A DNA stretch of 64,000 bases from NCBI GenBank assembly GCA_951406725.2, contig OX597826.1, positions 18,972,001 to 19,036,000 on the forward strand. Direction: 5' to 3'. The notes below the pieces were generated by a model that saw only the letters and a program-made list of their open reading frames with translations, searched no databases and was not told the DNA's origin. Made by a program: the position numbers and the translations under genes. This DNA comes from Octopus vulgaris (taxonomy: Eukaryota). Of this stretch, positions 1-13,955 are shown piece after piece. Each line of letters begins with the position of its first letter. The stretch's first letter is position 1.

Positions 1-1450
1 AAATGCTGGCTAAAAATACATGACAACTATCCTCACAGCAATGTACAGTGACATCTACTTAGTGGTGAGGGTGAATGGCCACCTATTGGAACCATTTAGC
101 ATCATGTGCTCAGTCCATCGAGGTTGTGTCCTCTTATCTCTCTAAATGTAGAGACTCTTGAGCCACTACTGCAGAAACTAGAGACATTGAGGGGCATCCT
201 GTACGGACAAGAATGTGAACACCCATGTTGGCATGCATATGTACACATAATGGACATACAACCAGAAGCATCAAGAGGATTCACATCACACTAGGGAATG
301 ACATGAGGAGCCAGAATCAATCAGAAAAGTGGGCTTGCAGTTTGACAGCTAAGAGACAGCAGGTACATGGATCTAACATGTATGTCATGATTGGTGGATG
401 ATCATGTCAAACTGCTTGGGGTCAGGTTTGGCCCAGATCTCCAAGTGGAGAAGAACTGGGACAAAGCAATGAACAGGGTAGCTTGTCTCACTCACAATAG
501 AAAGCCATCTCTGAAAGGCTGAGCAGAGGTGGCAAATGTCTACATCTCTCCATAATCCATTTCTGCCTAGTTGTTGTGCTTTGCCTCAACTCATGTCTAA
601 CTAGCTAGAAGAGTATGCTATTCCACTTTTTCTGAAGGGGTATGGTCTATTGGTCAGGTGCTCCATTTGCCATCAACACCTTATGAGTGGCAGTTGAGTC
701 ATGCCACGACAGATAATGCACAGATGTCGTCAACATTTGCCAAACATGTTTTTCCTCAGTTTGTCCCGTTTGCCAGAATTACAGACCTGGCTCAAACTAG
801 GAATGTTGTCAAATACTGTCAGTCTCCTGCCAATTGCGCAATGTGGTCAGTGAAAGTTCTACTTTGGCATTCTTTAGAAAGTTTGTCGCAGGTAAGAGTG
901 ATAATGTTCTAGAGGAAAGTCTGCCATCAGTGAAAATTAACTGACCAATCTGTTTCAGAGGATTTTCAGAAATCTCAGACCTGGAAGTGCTATGGGGATG
1001 GGGAAGAGGTATTGCTGGTTTGAGATTACAATTTTTGGCATGGAAATGCTGTCAGCCAGGGCTGTCCATGATGCATGCAGAGCAACAAAATCTTTCTGCA
1101 AATACTTGTCCAGAGCCCAAGTATTGGTGACTTAGTTATAATACCTGCAGACAACTGTGAGGCTGATCCAGCCATCAGCGGAGTCCATTGTGAAGATCAT
1201 TATGACCGAACCAGTTTTCCTTTAGCTAGGAACGACTGGTGGTCTGTCTGTGATTTTGACAAAAGAGGCTGTGTGGCAGATGGAAGTGAAAGGGCTAAAA
1301 ACAAACATTCCTCTTTGGCCAAGCCCACATCAAGTTTCACTTGAAAAGGAAAGAGACAGTGGAGGGCAAAGTAGTGTCTCCCACTACTTTGATGAAAGCT
1401 GGATGCTCTGGGAATCTGTCCATGAAGTGGAAGACAATTAATACCTTAAT
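1..1450 (+). mobile_element. Decayed L1/Tx1-clade non-LTR retrotransposon, ORF2 RT core to C-terminal zinc knuckle
   Basis: Frameshifted translations give MYSDIYLVVRVNGHLLEPFSI, CPLISLNVETLEPLLQKL (QGCPLSP..LEPL motif), VKLLGVRFGPDLQVEKNW..SLKG*AEVANVYI, and a degenerate CxxC knuckle CP*CMQSN near 1065; many stops. Confidence 0.8.
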
Positions 1451-1571
1451 GGTTAGAAGGACGGTGGTTTTTGTGAGATTTCTGTGAGTAGCCCTTAGGT
1501 CTCCATTCTTTAAGGAAATTATTTTGTTTGAACTTTTATTTTCTTGTTTCTGTTATTTTTTCAAGTTGTCC

Positions 1572-2914
1572 TTGATGCTTTTGTCAACTAACCCAGCCAC
1601 AGCTGACCCCAAAATTATTTTTAATATCATCAACTCAGTCATAACTGCTCAAAATAATTTTGATTAATATTACCAAACCAGGCAAAATAACCTGTACATA
1701 TTCAGGAAACTCATGGTTTCACTACGTAAGCAACTAAATTACACTGTTTGCCATTATTATACACGATATGAGTGTTGCAAACTTTTGGAGACTTTTTGTT
1801 TTTTCATTTTCCGAAATGTTTCACTATGAATGAAAAATGGATACCAATTTCAAGTCATCAAGCAGTAAGTTTGGATTCTAAGTGTTTTCAAAAGAAGATA
1901 GAAATATCTAAGAAAATATATGGCAAACATAAAAACCCCGTGTGTGATTATGAATTGGGTATTTCTTTTTCCAAAAGAGGAAAGATCGGCAACAGTTCTG
2001 ACAGCAATTGAAAAAAGATTTGGACCAAAATATATAGTAAGAATTTAAAAACTATTAGATTATATTTTTTCTTACTTTTTCCTTTGAAGTGATTTCTGCA
2101 GATATGAATCATTATGCAGAATGTAAACAAATAGGAAAAATATTGTGCGTGTGTGTGTGTGTGTATACATAATATATATATATATGTGTGCATATAGTAA
2201 ATAAAAAAAAAGTACAAACACACACACACACAAACAAGGTCCATGTAAGGTATTAGCAGATGCTCATGGAAGGAAAGAAAGGTGGTTTTACATTTCAAGC
2301 AAAGCTCTTCTTTTGAAACAGGAGACAGAGGAAAGTTCAAAAGAAAAGGAAGATGGAGGGAAAAAAAATCGCCAACGATTCTCACACACACACATATATA
2401 TACACAAATAAATTTGATTTATATTTTTTGAATTGACCTTGTTTTTTATTTGCCTGTACTGTGAGACATGTGACAAAGTTTGATTTGGATTAGAAATCAT
2501 TATATGTGCTTCTGAGTATCACTATATGAGAGTTTATTTCATTCCTTAGTTTTCTTCTAAGACAAATTCTAGTATTTTGTTCTGTTTTACTTTTATGGCA
2601 CACTTATCTTATGTGCATTAAGATCAACTGATAGATAATCCATAATATGCATTCTTCTCTATTAAAATTGTTGCATACTCATTTCCTATGCTGATGTTTG
2701 AAGAAAATTTACCTGTGATTAGATTTTCTTTGAGACAAAAACCATGAAATAGATTTGGTTAAGAACTGTTAAATTGTGTTTCAAAAACCACATTAATATG
2801 TTGATAAATGAAGAAGTATTTTATGAAACCAGTCTCAATTCACGATTAATTTAAATTTAATTGGAACACATAAGGAGTGTATTTTGGTTAGAAATACAGT
2901 AATGAAAGGGTTAA
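1572..2914 (+). mobile_element. Decayed piggyBac deletion derivative, related to the 54059-55145 element
   Basis: Right end GTAATGAAAGGG+TTAA (2899-2914); ATG near 1837 reads MDTNFKSSSS..FSKED, like MDTNFIISSS..FSTED; last ~200 bp matches the reverse complement of 54063-54250; YCETCDKV..C..YH Cys-rich remnant near 2457-2522. Left end is degenerate. Confidence 0.75.
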
Positions 2915-5900
2915 TAAAGAAACCCCCACCACCAGCTTCTGATGTCTATATACAGGCCCTAATTTTTACCTAATTTCTGCTCTGTGCCCTTCCTTGGTAC
3001 TAGTCAAACAGCATTTTCTAAACAGTAATGAAATTATGCAGAAAGGGAAAATTGTTGTCCCTGCAACGTCTATTACTATATTGAGAATACAGTGTTACAT
3101 TTACAGTATGTTATCTTTTAACTCTCACACTAGGCTTCATTAGATTGGTTCAATCTTATTTTTAATTTTCATTTAAATAATGGGTGATGGTAAATATATA
3201 TTCTACTTCTTCTACTGGGGGAGAGGTATTTTACTGATCTCACAGTCTGGCCTCATTTTATGTGAAATAAAATGAGTACTAGCAATAGTCAAGTTGGTTT
3301 AACTATATCCGTTTCCCACAAAATAATCAAAATAGAAAAGTATTTTAGCCTAGAACACGTCAAATATTAACAAGCAAAAGCTAATTAGTGGTTTAGAAAT
3401 ATAATTTGCAAAGCCATCATCAGAAAAAATAAAATGATCATTAACTGGATGAAACCTAGTTTTGTGGAAACTTCACACAAACACTGCTTCATAAAGTAAT
3501 GGAATGTCCCATCTAGAAACTCATAAACAGAAGTAGGATTGGTTTAGAATATTTCATACAACACGGACAGATTTTAGCCCACTCATTCAATTGGAGTTGA
3601 ACAGACTGAAAGATATATGAAGCTTTGCAACAACTTAGCATTACTTGCTTTCCTATAGATTTTCACCATGCACAAACAATAAATTATATTGTGAAAAAAA
3701 AAATCTCTTGGCAATTCTTTACTACATGGGAAATAGACAACAGAAACAAAAGATGAAGGCAGGTGGGTAATTGGGGGGGGGGGGGGTCAATCTAGATTTA
3801 GAAGACAGTTTTTGAAAACTTCTCACAAGTGTAACGGGGTATGATAGAGGGACTGGAAGGAGATTTATATAACAATCCACTGAGCCCAGTAGACAGAAGA
3901 ATAAATAAAACAGTTCTGGCTCAGTGGTTTGGGTCCCTGCCAAGTTGGCTGAGAATTTAGCACAGATAATATTAAGTATTATATTTCTCCTATCTAATAA
4001 CTGCTTTGATTTGCATGACTAGTTATGTGGTAGTGACAAGATCCAGCAATGTTCAAACAGAATGTACTTGAGGAATGGGACTACATACCTAGGACAGATT
4101 CATTAGAGAAGAAGTATTATAAATTAATGAAAATCATTATCTTCACAGTAAAAGTAACATGTAACTTCTGCTGCAGGCAAGACAATTCCATATCCTTGCT
4201 TCACTCCTATTAATTAAGTTAATCAGGCACCACCAATTTAGATGTAATATTTTATAGCAAATACTTCTTTACATACATTCCATTAGACAGGCCTGATTTA
4301 GTTTCTCCCGATTGTTCTAGTTTGTCCATTCCATAGACAGGCCTGATTTAGTTGCCAACTATATTAACTATGTTTAATCACTATACCCACTCACTGAATT
4401 GTTATTGGAATTAAATATAATAGATCTAAATGGAAATACTTGGTAATCAAATTTAGAAATGGTTTGACAATACAACCTACAGTTATCTTGGACAAAAGAA
4501 TGTCAGCTATGATGTGCATGTCAACCTATCTCTCATCACACAACTCTATTACTCAAGACTTTTGCAGCAGTCATCTTTCCTTCAACATTTGGCTTTCAAA
4601 AGGGTTATTGCAAGAACTAAGAATTCAATTAAACCCTTAAGGTTTTAGCCTTGAAGAATCTTGATAAAGTTTACTGACACAAAAACCACCATAATTAGAA
4701 TATCAAATGAACTTTAGAATTGAAAGGGCATAAAAAAAAAAAAAAAAAAAGAAACATGAGCAAACAAAACTCATAAAAGAAAAAAATATATGGTGCATGG
4801 ATACTTGGCTATTTGAACTGTTTAGTGTTAAAGAATAAACCAATAAAAGACAAGCACATTTATAATTTTATATATCTCTTCTGAAGGTTACCTTTATGAA
4901 ACCCTGAAGTGAGAAATTTGTGTGTAGTTTAAAATTTGATTATTGTCCAAAAAAATTTGAAAGAGTAACTTTTTTAAGCAATGAAAATTAACTGAAACTC
5001 AAAGGAAGTGAGTACTATACATACACCTTGGATAGACAGGAGACAGGCCAAAGAACTACCAGGAGGAATTCCAGTGGGCTCTGAAATGAACCAATAATCT
5101 CTAAAAGAGGGAAGGAAGATATCTTAATTGACTACATGAAAGGGATGAAGAGAAGTTGTGATCTACAATACCCCAGCTATTCACAGCCAGTGTCTCACAG
5201 CTACATCAAAAAGCAAAAATCTTCACCATCTACATTAATAAATAATTCGATGAGACAACAATCACCGTATGAAACTAAAGAAAAACAATGTGGTGTTATC
5301 TGTGACTGACCAATAAAGAAACAGCTAAAAGGGATTGATAGTTCTAACCATTAAGGTATTAATTGATAGTTCCAACCATTAGACACTGAATGTTCTATTA
5401 TACAGTGCTGTGATTACCATTTATCAACAGAGAGGAGTAAAATTGGTCTTAACACGGAAAAATAAATAAATTACATTTCTTTGGACAAACACCAACAAAT
5501 GTAGAACAAATATTGTTGGACAATATTAAGTACAAAGAGCATCAATTCACGAACCAGCAGCTGTGACTTCATGATAGATTATCAAAGTTCTATGGTACAG
5601 TTAACAAAACAAAGTGCAAGAGACAACCAGAAAACCTGATTATCAAAACAAATTATGAGAAAGTAAGGTCTTTAATTGCAGCTTTGCATTAATCTCAAAG
5701 GTGATATACCAGAGTATGAAAAGCCATACTATCGAGGCCATAAATGCCCATCTTCCATATGATTAAGAATCATTTACGGAAAAGATTTGGAATGTAAAGA
5801 AACATCACAACCATGAGGCAATATGTTTATATGAGCAATAGAGTGAACATTATGCAAACACACACCTATATCTAATATAATAACGAGTGTAGTGTTTTTA

Positions 5901-6167
5901 TATATTTGTCATAAATCACACATTAGGAGGGAGTGAGAGAAAGAGTAGTATAAGTGAAGGGAAAGGAGAGAAAATGGTAATTCAGTGAAGGAGAAGTAGT
6001 AAGAGTAATAGCCATGACTGACAGGGTGGGAGAGAAAGTAACAGCAATGAGAGAGAGAGGAAGTAGTAAAGAGAGCATCGTGTTCACCACACGTCATTGA
6101 GGCGGTGAAGTGAGAGTAAATTGGGAATGTGTTTACATTTTTGGCATCATATACATAGATATATTTA

Positions 6168-6201
<34 letters not shown>

Positions 6202-7279
6202 CTGTAATGAAGGAAATTCCAAATTAAGACTTTGGGAAAGTTTCTTCTTAAAATATTTACCAGGATTATCATTGAAAAGAAAAGAAAGTTAGATACTATC
6301 ATGTCCGGCACATCCTACTACATTATATATGCCTGTTTCCATATAAAACAGGATGAGAGGACACTCAGAAGAATCGTTTCACAGGTTTTGTTTACATTTT
6401 ACGAAGATCATTTGCTCTAATATTTCGGTTCCTCTGTGTGTGTGTGTGTATTTTTATGGTCTATAACATTTGTTATCAAGTTCACTGATAATTTAAGTTG
6501 AACCCAATGAAAGGTTTACACAATGGGACTCGGATCATAGTGCTGTCCATCAAGGTTTATTCATACGTGGGAAAATACTGAATGTAAGTAAGAAAGGAAA
6601 GGAGGCCTTTATTCCACTAATGAACTTCCGTCCCAGTGAGACAACCCTTCCCTTTAGTATGAATAGATGACAGTTTCCTGTTACCCCAGTATTTGCAATG
6701 ACTATAAACAAATCACAAGGGCAGAGCTATCATCCTACCATCACCAGTATTCAGTCATGGGCAACTTTCTGTTGCATTGAGTAGAAGTAGAAGCAGTAAT
6801 GATATTAATGTTACTGGCGAACTCATTAGTGGTGGGGTTTTCACTAGAAACGTGGTGTTGAAGTAACTGCTAAGATAAAGGTTGTAATCTTTTAATTTTA
6901 ATTTCCATATCATTTCTGACAGTACAGGTACACTAGTATATATATAAACACACACACATATATGTATCTATCTATACACACACAGAAACATATGTACATA
7001 ACATATATACATACACAGCAATAAGAAACTGTAGGTAGAAATGAACAGGCCACCAGAGGATCCCACCTCATGCAAGTGTTTCATCACATAACTTTTCACA
7101 CTAGCTTTACTATATTCACTGCTACTTTCTGCTTTGCAACTTGCACTGAGTGGGGAGGGAGTTCAAGGTGTCCCAGAGCAAAGGTGCTTTGTAGGCCACA
7201 ATCACCTGAGTTTAAGACATCAATTGAACATGGAGTAAATTATGCCCATTGAGATTCACTTTCATTGCTTCTTGATCAC

Positions 7280-7560
7280 AACTAGTTGAAACTCTTCTAA
7301 GAACTCTGGTCCCCTCTTGCCCAGAAATTGAGAGCCGTTTCATAATATTACAGGCATATTTGCCTGCAAACCCCACTCCTATTTCTATGGCAAGAACTTA
7401 TGTTTCGAAGCCAGGTCCACTCAGGTTAATGGCTAAACTGCCATATACGTAGAGGCATGCTCCATTTGGCATTTATATAACTCGGTGAGTTCAATGAAAA
7501 TCACTTGATTCAATGGTGGCTTTGTTTTGGTTCTTATAGCACAAATTGCATGAAGATCTC
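7280..7560 (-). mobile_element. Remnant of restriction-like endonuclease (REL) domain of a HERO/R2-group non-LTR retrotransposon
   Basis: Minus-strand translation QVIFIELTELYKCQMEHA ... AIEIGVGFAGKYACNIMKRLSISGQEGTRVLRRVS resembles the IELT...IEVG.RGF C-terminus of HERO elements; stops and frameshift present. Confidence 0.65.
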
Positions 7561-8559
7561 TTTAAGTAAGTGACTGTGCCTTAATAGGTTTCTTCCTTGA
7601 GAAGTCACCCTCTCAGAAACAAGAAAAGCATCTCTTATTGTTCTTTCACACACTATGTGTTTTATATAGAAGTTGCATTACTCACTTTGTGAAATTCATA
7701 GAGCGTACTTGCTATACTTAAAGCAAACATGGCATTGAATTAAAAAGCTAGTCTTGAAATAATTTTCACAGAATCTGAAAGAATACGGTGACACATTGGA
7801 TATCTAGAGAAGACTGGTAAGTATCAATTAAAGATTAGACTTTATTACATTTTGTGTAAAATATTCTGCTGAAAAATCAAACAGAACTTTTGTTACAACC
7901 TGATACATATACACATATAGAGAATGATGGTTTCCTATTATTCTACAGTATAAGTGGTCCTAGAGAAATGGCAGTATTGTTCTATATAACCTGTAACGAG
8001 GTCAGAATTTTACTTGTTGCAACAACAGTACTGTTTCCAGTTGTTGTCAAATCAACTATTTTTATTGTTGGAACATTTCCTGAAATATATCCTTTAACTC
8101 AGCTAGAATCTCAAACACATCTCACCAAAACTAAAGCAGCTTATCTATTTTATAAATGAGATCGACAATTCCAGCAAAAAGACAACATCCATAACTGCAC
8201 AGAATAGCTTTTTATGCAGGTCTATTGAAAAGATTGATGCACAATCCAAGTGTAACCACAGTAAACTAACCATAGAGGAGCAAATCTTTAGGTGTAAAAT
8301 GAGACAAAATAAAGATCCAACAACAACAACGAGAGCCAGTGTATCAAACACCTGTGAAGCAAGCAAGTGTAATTAGAAGTTCTTTGAGTCATGCTTTTAA
8401 CACTACTAACTCTTAATTTTATTCGAGGATGTTTCATATGGTCATTTAAAGTCACAAAGTAGACTTGTTGAAAGAGCTTTAACTACTTACATGCCAATAA
8501 GAAATAGTCCTAGGCCCTCTGTGAGAGGTAGCAAGAATACAACCAATTCATGGTTATCA

Positions 8560-8785
8560 TTAACCCTTCTGACACCAACCTACCAAAAACCACCCTTGGT
8601 TCCATGATATAAATTGTCTTCTAAACAGATCTAAATTAAAATTTCCCATCAAAATTTCATGTTAATTTATATTTCAAACAGCAATTTAATAATAATGAAG
8701 TTATTTAAATAAAATACTTCATTATTTTCAAAATTAATTGAAAGAAAAGCAGTATATTTCCACAGAAGATGACTAAAGAGTGAGA
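8560..8785. mobile_element. piggyBac-type MITE (decayed)
   Basis: Starts TTAACCCTT; body matches copies at 9760, 11205 and 19300 (gatctaaattaaaa..ccatcaaaatttcatg..aattaattgaaa). Confidence 0.6.
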
Positions 8786-9759
8786 CCATGTAAAGGCTAA
8801 CTTTAAATTCAAATTTGTGCAATGAATCCCAATTAGTGTGTTGTTAGGATTAGGTGTACAACAAAAAACAAAAAAGAACGGAGAAGGTGAGGGAATAAAA
8901 ACCAAAATTCTCTAACAATATACGCATAAAATAATATTTTCATTTTTTTCAGTGGTTTATATTTATATCATATTTATAGGTTAAAATATATAAATACCTT
9001 CTCTGTTTCTAAACATTTTAAACTTTATGTACAAAGAGTACCAAAATATTTTCTTCATAAGTGTGCCAGGAGTGAAAAAGTACAGTGCCACCTCCACCCT
9101 ATTGTTTGTAAAGTAACCATTAATATCCTCTGCTGTCCATTTAATATTTCTACAATTTCATACTTAAGTTCCCCAAAACTTTTTAGATGTGAAATTTAAA
9201 TTATTATTTTGATAGAAGGAACATCAAAATTCCACAATGCAGTTTGCCTCAATATGTCCAGCTCACACTGACAACAGTAGGGAGTCCAGCTATAAAAACA
9301 ATCTCTCTAAAAATAATAGATGAATTTAATATTCCAAACAAATGCATTATATATATAAATATATATATATATATATACACACACACATATTTAATTAAAA
9401 ACGTACTATATTTTCAGTTGCAGTTTATTGTCACCACTTCTACCAGGCTCCGTTCTATATCTACATCATTAACAGAAACTATTTGTCTTCTACTTTTCTC
9501 TCTACTACCTAGCACAGAACCAGCTCGGAGATATGACTTTTACAAGACTTCGTTCACCCACATCAAGGCTAGTGTAGAGAGATGTAAGCAAGGTTTACTA
9601 ATTTTGGCACCAAGTTACAATGTATCAGTCAAAAATAGAGCATCTTGTTACTTAAACTGCAAAAATAAATTACTGGAGGAAAAACAGCTAAGTTGTATTT
9701 CAAAACAGTAAAAAGTAATTATTAATACAAGCATGTTTCTTCTAAGTTTCATGATTTCA

Positions 9760-10250
9760 TAACCCTTAGACACCAAATCACCAGAAACTACTACTACTTT
9801 TATAATACAAATTTTCTCTTTTAACCCTTTTGTTATCAACCCAGCCAAAAGCAACTCTGGCTCTGTAATACAAATGTCTTGTTTTCATAAGTTTTGAATT
9901 AAAATCTTCCACCAAACCTTAGTCATAATTTATGTTTCTTTCAATCATTTTTAAATATAACAAAGAATTTAGTAAAATAACCAAGTTATCATTGAGATAG
10001 TGTTACTAGCTGAATGATAACTTAGTTTTTTACTAAATTCTTTGTCATATTTGAAATTAATTGAAAGAAACACAGAGCATCTCAAAATACAGTAACGAAA
10101 GGGTTAAAGGGATCTAATTTAAAAGGATTAAAGGGATCTCATTTAAAATGCCAAACTTTCTTGTTAATTTATGTTGAAACATTAGTAAAGTTATTTTATT
10201 AAATTCTTCCATATTTTGAATAAAAACTGAAACAAGGGCAGTGTATTTCC
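9760..10250. mobile_element. Nested piggyBac-type MITEs; inner element 9821-10107 inserted in a TTAA of an outer MITE
   Basis: Inner element TTAA-CCCTTTTGTTA...GTAACGAAAGGG-TTAA; the flanks join into one MITE resembling the 8560 copy. Confidence 0.75.
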
Positions 10251-11202
10251 TGATACTTAAAACTGACCAGTACCAGAGAATTTTGCTTAACCATAATCTA
10301 TAGATGACTATCTATGAAACATTTCCTCAGTGAATACAGCATCCTATGAGTCACTGTATGTTTAAGTGGATTTTGGACATAGGTCTGTGAAACTGGTGAG
10401 ATGTCCTAATTTCTCAAACCAGAATTTAGTGAAAGGAAGTCATCTTAAAGTGCTTGACTGTCAAATGGAAGCAATACCACTGGAGCTCAGCTTTCAATTA
10501 GTGACAACTTCAAGAAAAGAGCATGGGGAGTGCAGAGTGCAGAGGGAAAGAGTCCTAGTTAAGACAATTGTTTATAAATTAGTCCTCATCCCATTCCCCC
10601 AAACCAAATAATGGTGAGACTACAGTTCTTTAAAGTAAAAAAGCTTTTCAAGTAGCAGTTGTAGCAGCAACAAAAGATTTTTTTTTAATCATTATTGTCA
10701 CTGACTCCCCTATTTTGCTGGAAAGAGTAGAATATGAAGGAACAATGTCTTACCATTGTTTCCATCATTCATCTCACCCTAGCCACCACAATATACCAGA
10801 GATTTATTACAGCTATTAACAAGTAATGCAGAATCTAAATCAGCAGATAAACTACAAATGCTAGCAGTAAAAATACCCACCACATCTAAGCTATCTATTA
10901 TACATTTATTTAGAAAACTTTTCCTCATTTAATGTAAAATATAAATATCTCTTAAAATATGAAGCACAGGCAAGTACTCAGCTCTAGTGTCATGGTATTC
11001 TATAAGATTTTCCCCTGTGTATTTACAGGTAAACCATTCTAGATTATCCAGAACCAAATTACCAACAACTAAGTGTACTGAATCAATGTAAAACCACACT
11101 GAAACACCTGTAGCAAACTAGAATTGCTGCTGGTAGACAAATAGTCTAATAGCTAATCCACCCATTAGCTATTATTTCTAGCAGAGAGGATGTCGTTGGC
11201 CT

Positions 11203-11474
11203 GATTATCTCTTTTGATACCAACTTGCCTGCAACTGCCCATCATTCTATGATATAATCTTTTTTTAAAGCGATGTTTGAAATCTCAAAGCGATGACATA
11301 ATGCATGATTAATTAGAAACATGCGAATAAATAAGGATTACACCTGACAATAATCTGAGAGATAAAGAGTAAGTAATAACGAAGTCATTTCATTAAATTC
11401 TCTATCATTTTCAAAATTAATTGAAACGAAGGCAATATAGTTTAACAGAAATTAGATTTTAAAAAAAGGGTTAA
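11203..11474. mobile_element. piggyBac-type MITE (decayed)
   Basis: Ends AAAGGGTTAA; shares aattaattgaaac..ggca..aacagaaat body with sibling copies. Confidence 0.6.
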
Positions 11475-12226
11475 TGACAGAGTATGGTGGCTAAGAAATA
11501 TAGATTAAATTAATGCTAATCATTTATACATTGTATTATAGGAAATAGCTGATGTATTCAGATGAAAGCTGCATCAAAAGTAACCAAAGTATTTAGGAAT
11601 AGTTTCATGTAACTGGTACCGAGAGGTTAGGTTAGAATCTACAATGGAAAGATGTGAACTTAGTACAGCAAGCAAACAAAATCAGTGTACCCAGCTGCAA
11701 ACATAGCTAAGGAGAACAACAGCATTAGAAACAGACTTTCTTGTTCAACATAAGACTTGATGTTTGTTTAACAATTTTCTGGGACATTTTTATTTAGAAG
11801 TCAATTAATAATTGACCTGATTGGAAGCGATCAATGTATAGTAAGTATATAGTATAGATGTGATTATATTGTGGCTTGTGACAAATGTGAAACATCGAGA
11901 GAATATATATATGTCATTTTATAAAAAAAAAGTTTCATGTTTTAAAGCAGCTGTGGTAGAAAAATGTTACAACACCATACTGATGCAATCACTTCAGTGT
12001 AATGACAGTGGTTATTGTTTAGCTGCAAGTCAGCTCTGGCTGAATCAGAGATGTTCTAATCTAAAGTATCAAACCATGTCCATGACTATATTAACTGATG
12101 TGCATTTTTTTTTTTTCTTTTAAAGATAGGAATATGAAGAGAATTATTAGGGAGATGTTTCTATGAGTGTCTCTTACTCTCATTGGAACAGGGCATGATG
12201 AATGTGACAGCTGAGAAATCTTTTAT

Positions 12227-12562
12227 TTTTTATTCATTTCAGTCATTAGACTGGGGCCAACCTGGGGCACCACCTTGAAGATTTTTCAGTTGAATGTATT
12301 GACATCAGTACTTACTTTTTTTCAAAGGCCTGATACTTATTCTATAGGTCATTTTGGCTGAACTGTTAAGTTATGGGGACGTAAACACAGACACATGCAT
12401 ACGACAGGTTTCTTTCAGTTTCTGTCTACCAAATCCACTCACAAGGTTTTGGTTGGCCCAACACTATAGCAGAAGACTTACCCATGGTGCCATACAGTGG
12501 GATTGAGTCTAGAATCATGTGGTTGGAAAACAAGCTTTTTACCACACAGCTACACTTGCAGC
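12227..12562 (-). mobile_element. tRNA-derived SINE family A (octopus-type), decayed
   Basis: Colinear with the intact copy at 45303-45740; many CpG-to-TpG/CpA changes. Confidence 0.8.
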
Positions 12563-13532
12563 TAAATGATGACTAAATTGACACTTAAATATACTAAGTA
12601 CAACTTGCCACTCTGTACAATATCTCTAAAGAGCAGGAAGAAAAACAAAATAAGCACCTGTTTCAATAGAAGAAAGATTTGTCAATGTCTGACAGAGAGC
12701 AGTGAAAAACAGGCTTCAGTGATACATTTTGATAATTGACACACATGGAAGGAAGTGACTCCCCCCACTTCCCTTCCCCATTCTTTGAGTTCTACAGTGA
12801 ACCATATTGAATAGACCTGAGGTAGAGAAAACTGTAAAGTGTAGTGAATGAGCAAAAGCAGATGTAAGTAATAGAAGATGGCTTTTAGAATTATATAAGT
12901 CCAATAATTCAAATATAGGTAGACAGTATTTCTGACTTTTTAGTTGATAGTTTAGACAAGGCTGGACACACAGCAACAAAAGAGTCTTATATCACCAAAC
13001 AGTCTAACACAGTTCTTTTTCCTCTCAGTCTCTCTGATAAAGACTAGTCGACTGCAGGGTATAAGGTTTGTATTTTCCACAGATAAAAGTGCCTCAGCTC
13101 AGAACTGAACCAGGTTACTGGTGTTACTGTTTTCAATAATAACACTGTTTATAATAGAGGAATATGGCCAAAAACTTGGTGCTCAGAATTTAGTCAATGA
13201 AATTGACATCAGTACTTAAATGGATTGTCGAAGAATAAAAGCCAGTTAACCTGAGAGGGATGTGAACTTAGAAAGCAAAAAGCCAAAATAAATACTAAGC
13301 CATAACCTTTAATACTAATAATAATAGTAATAATAGCAGAAGTGAAATTTAAATCTTAGTTCATGGAGGGTATTGCCTTCAGCCCAATGTTCTTATAGCC
13401 ACAGTAGTAGCAGTAACAGCAGAGTCATCTGGTAGGATGTAGTTAAATAAATTAATCTTACTACTGGTTTTATCATCCTACCTCTCTCTGTCATTGGGAT
13501 AAATGACAGAGTGTTAATCAGAGCAACAATGA

Positions 13533-13955
13533 CTCTTTCTACTGGAGGGACAGAGCCCTCAAATTTGGTGGGAGGGGACTAGTCACAATGACCCCAGTGT
13601 TTCACTGGAACTTAATTTATCGATGAAAGGCAAAGTCGACCTCGGCAGAATTTGAACTCAGAATGTAGTGGTAGACGAAATACTGTTAAAGATTTCGCCC
13701 AGTGTGCTAATGATTCTGCCAGCTCACTACCATAATAATAATCCTTTCTGCTATAGGCACAAGGCCTGAAATTTGGGGGAGGGGGTGGGCATTGTCAATT
13801 ACACCAACCCCAGTGTGAAACAGGTACTTATTTTATCGACCCCGAAAGGATAAAAGGCAAAGTTGACCTAAGCAGAATTTGAACTCAGAATGCAGTGACA
13901 GGTGAAATACCACTAAGCATTTCATCCAGCACACTAACGATTCTGCTATCTTGCA
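13533..13955 (-). mobile_element. Two head-to-tail copies of tRNA-derived SINE family B
   Basis: Copies ~13533-13735 and ~13742-13955; minus strand has A box TGGCAGAATC and B box GAGTTCAAATTC, followed by GTCGACTTTGCCTTTCATC core; separated by (TAA)n. Confidence 0.8.

Noticed and set aside
4276-4353. 27-bp direct duplication (also a ~21-bp one at 5334-5382)
   Set aside because: Ordinary local tandem duplication with no further structure.
4891-4904. Possible 12-nt micro-exon on minus (ttcAG|GGTTTCATAAAG|GTaacc)
   Set aside because: Cannot be distinguished from chance without RNA data.
5250-5820. Possible very old Penelope-like N-terminal remnant
   Set aside because: Only faint resemblance; no motif readable with confidence.
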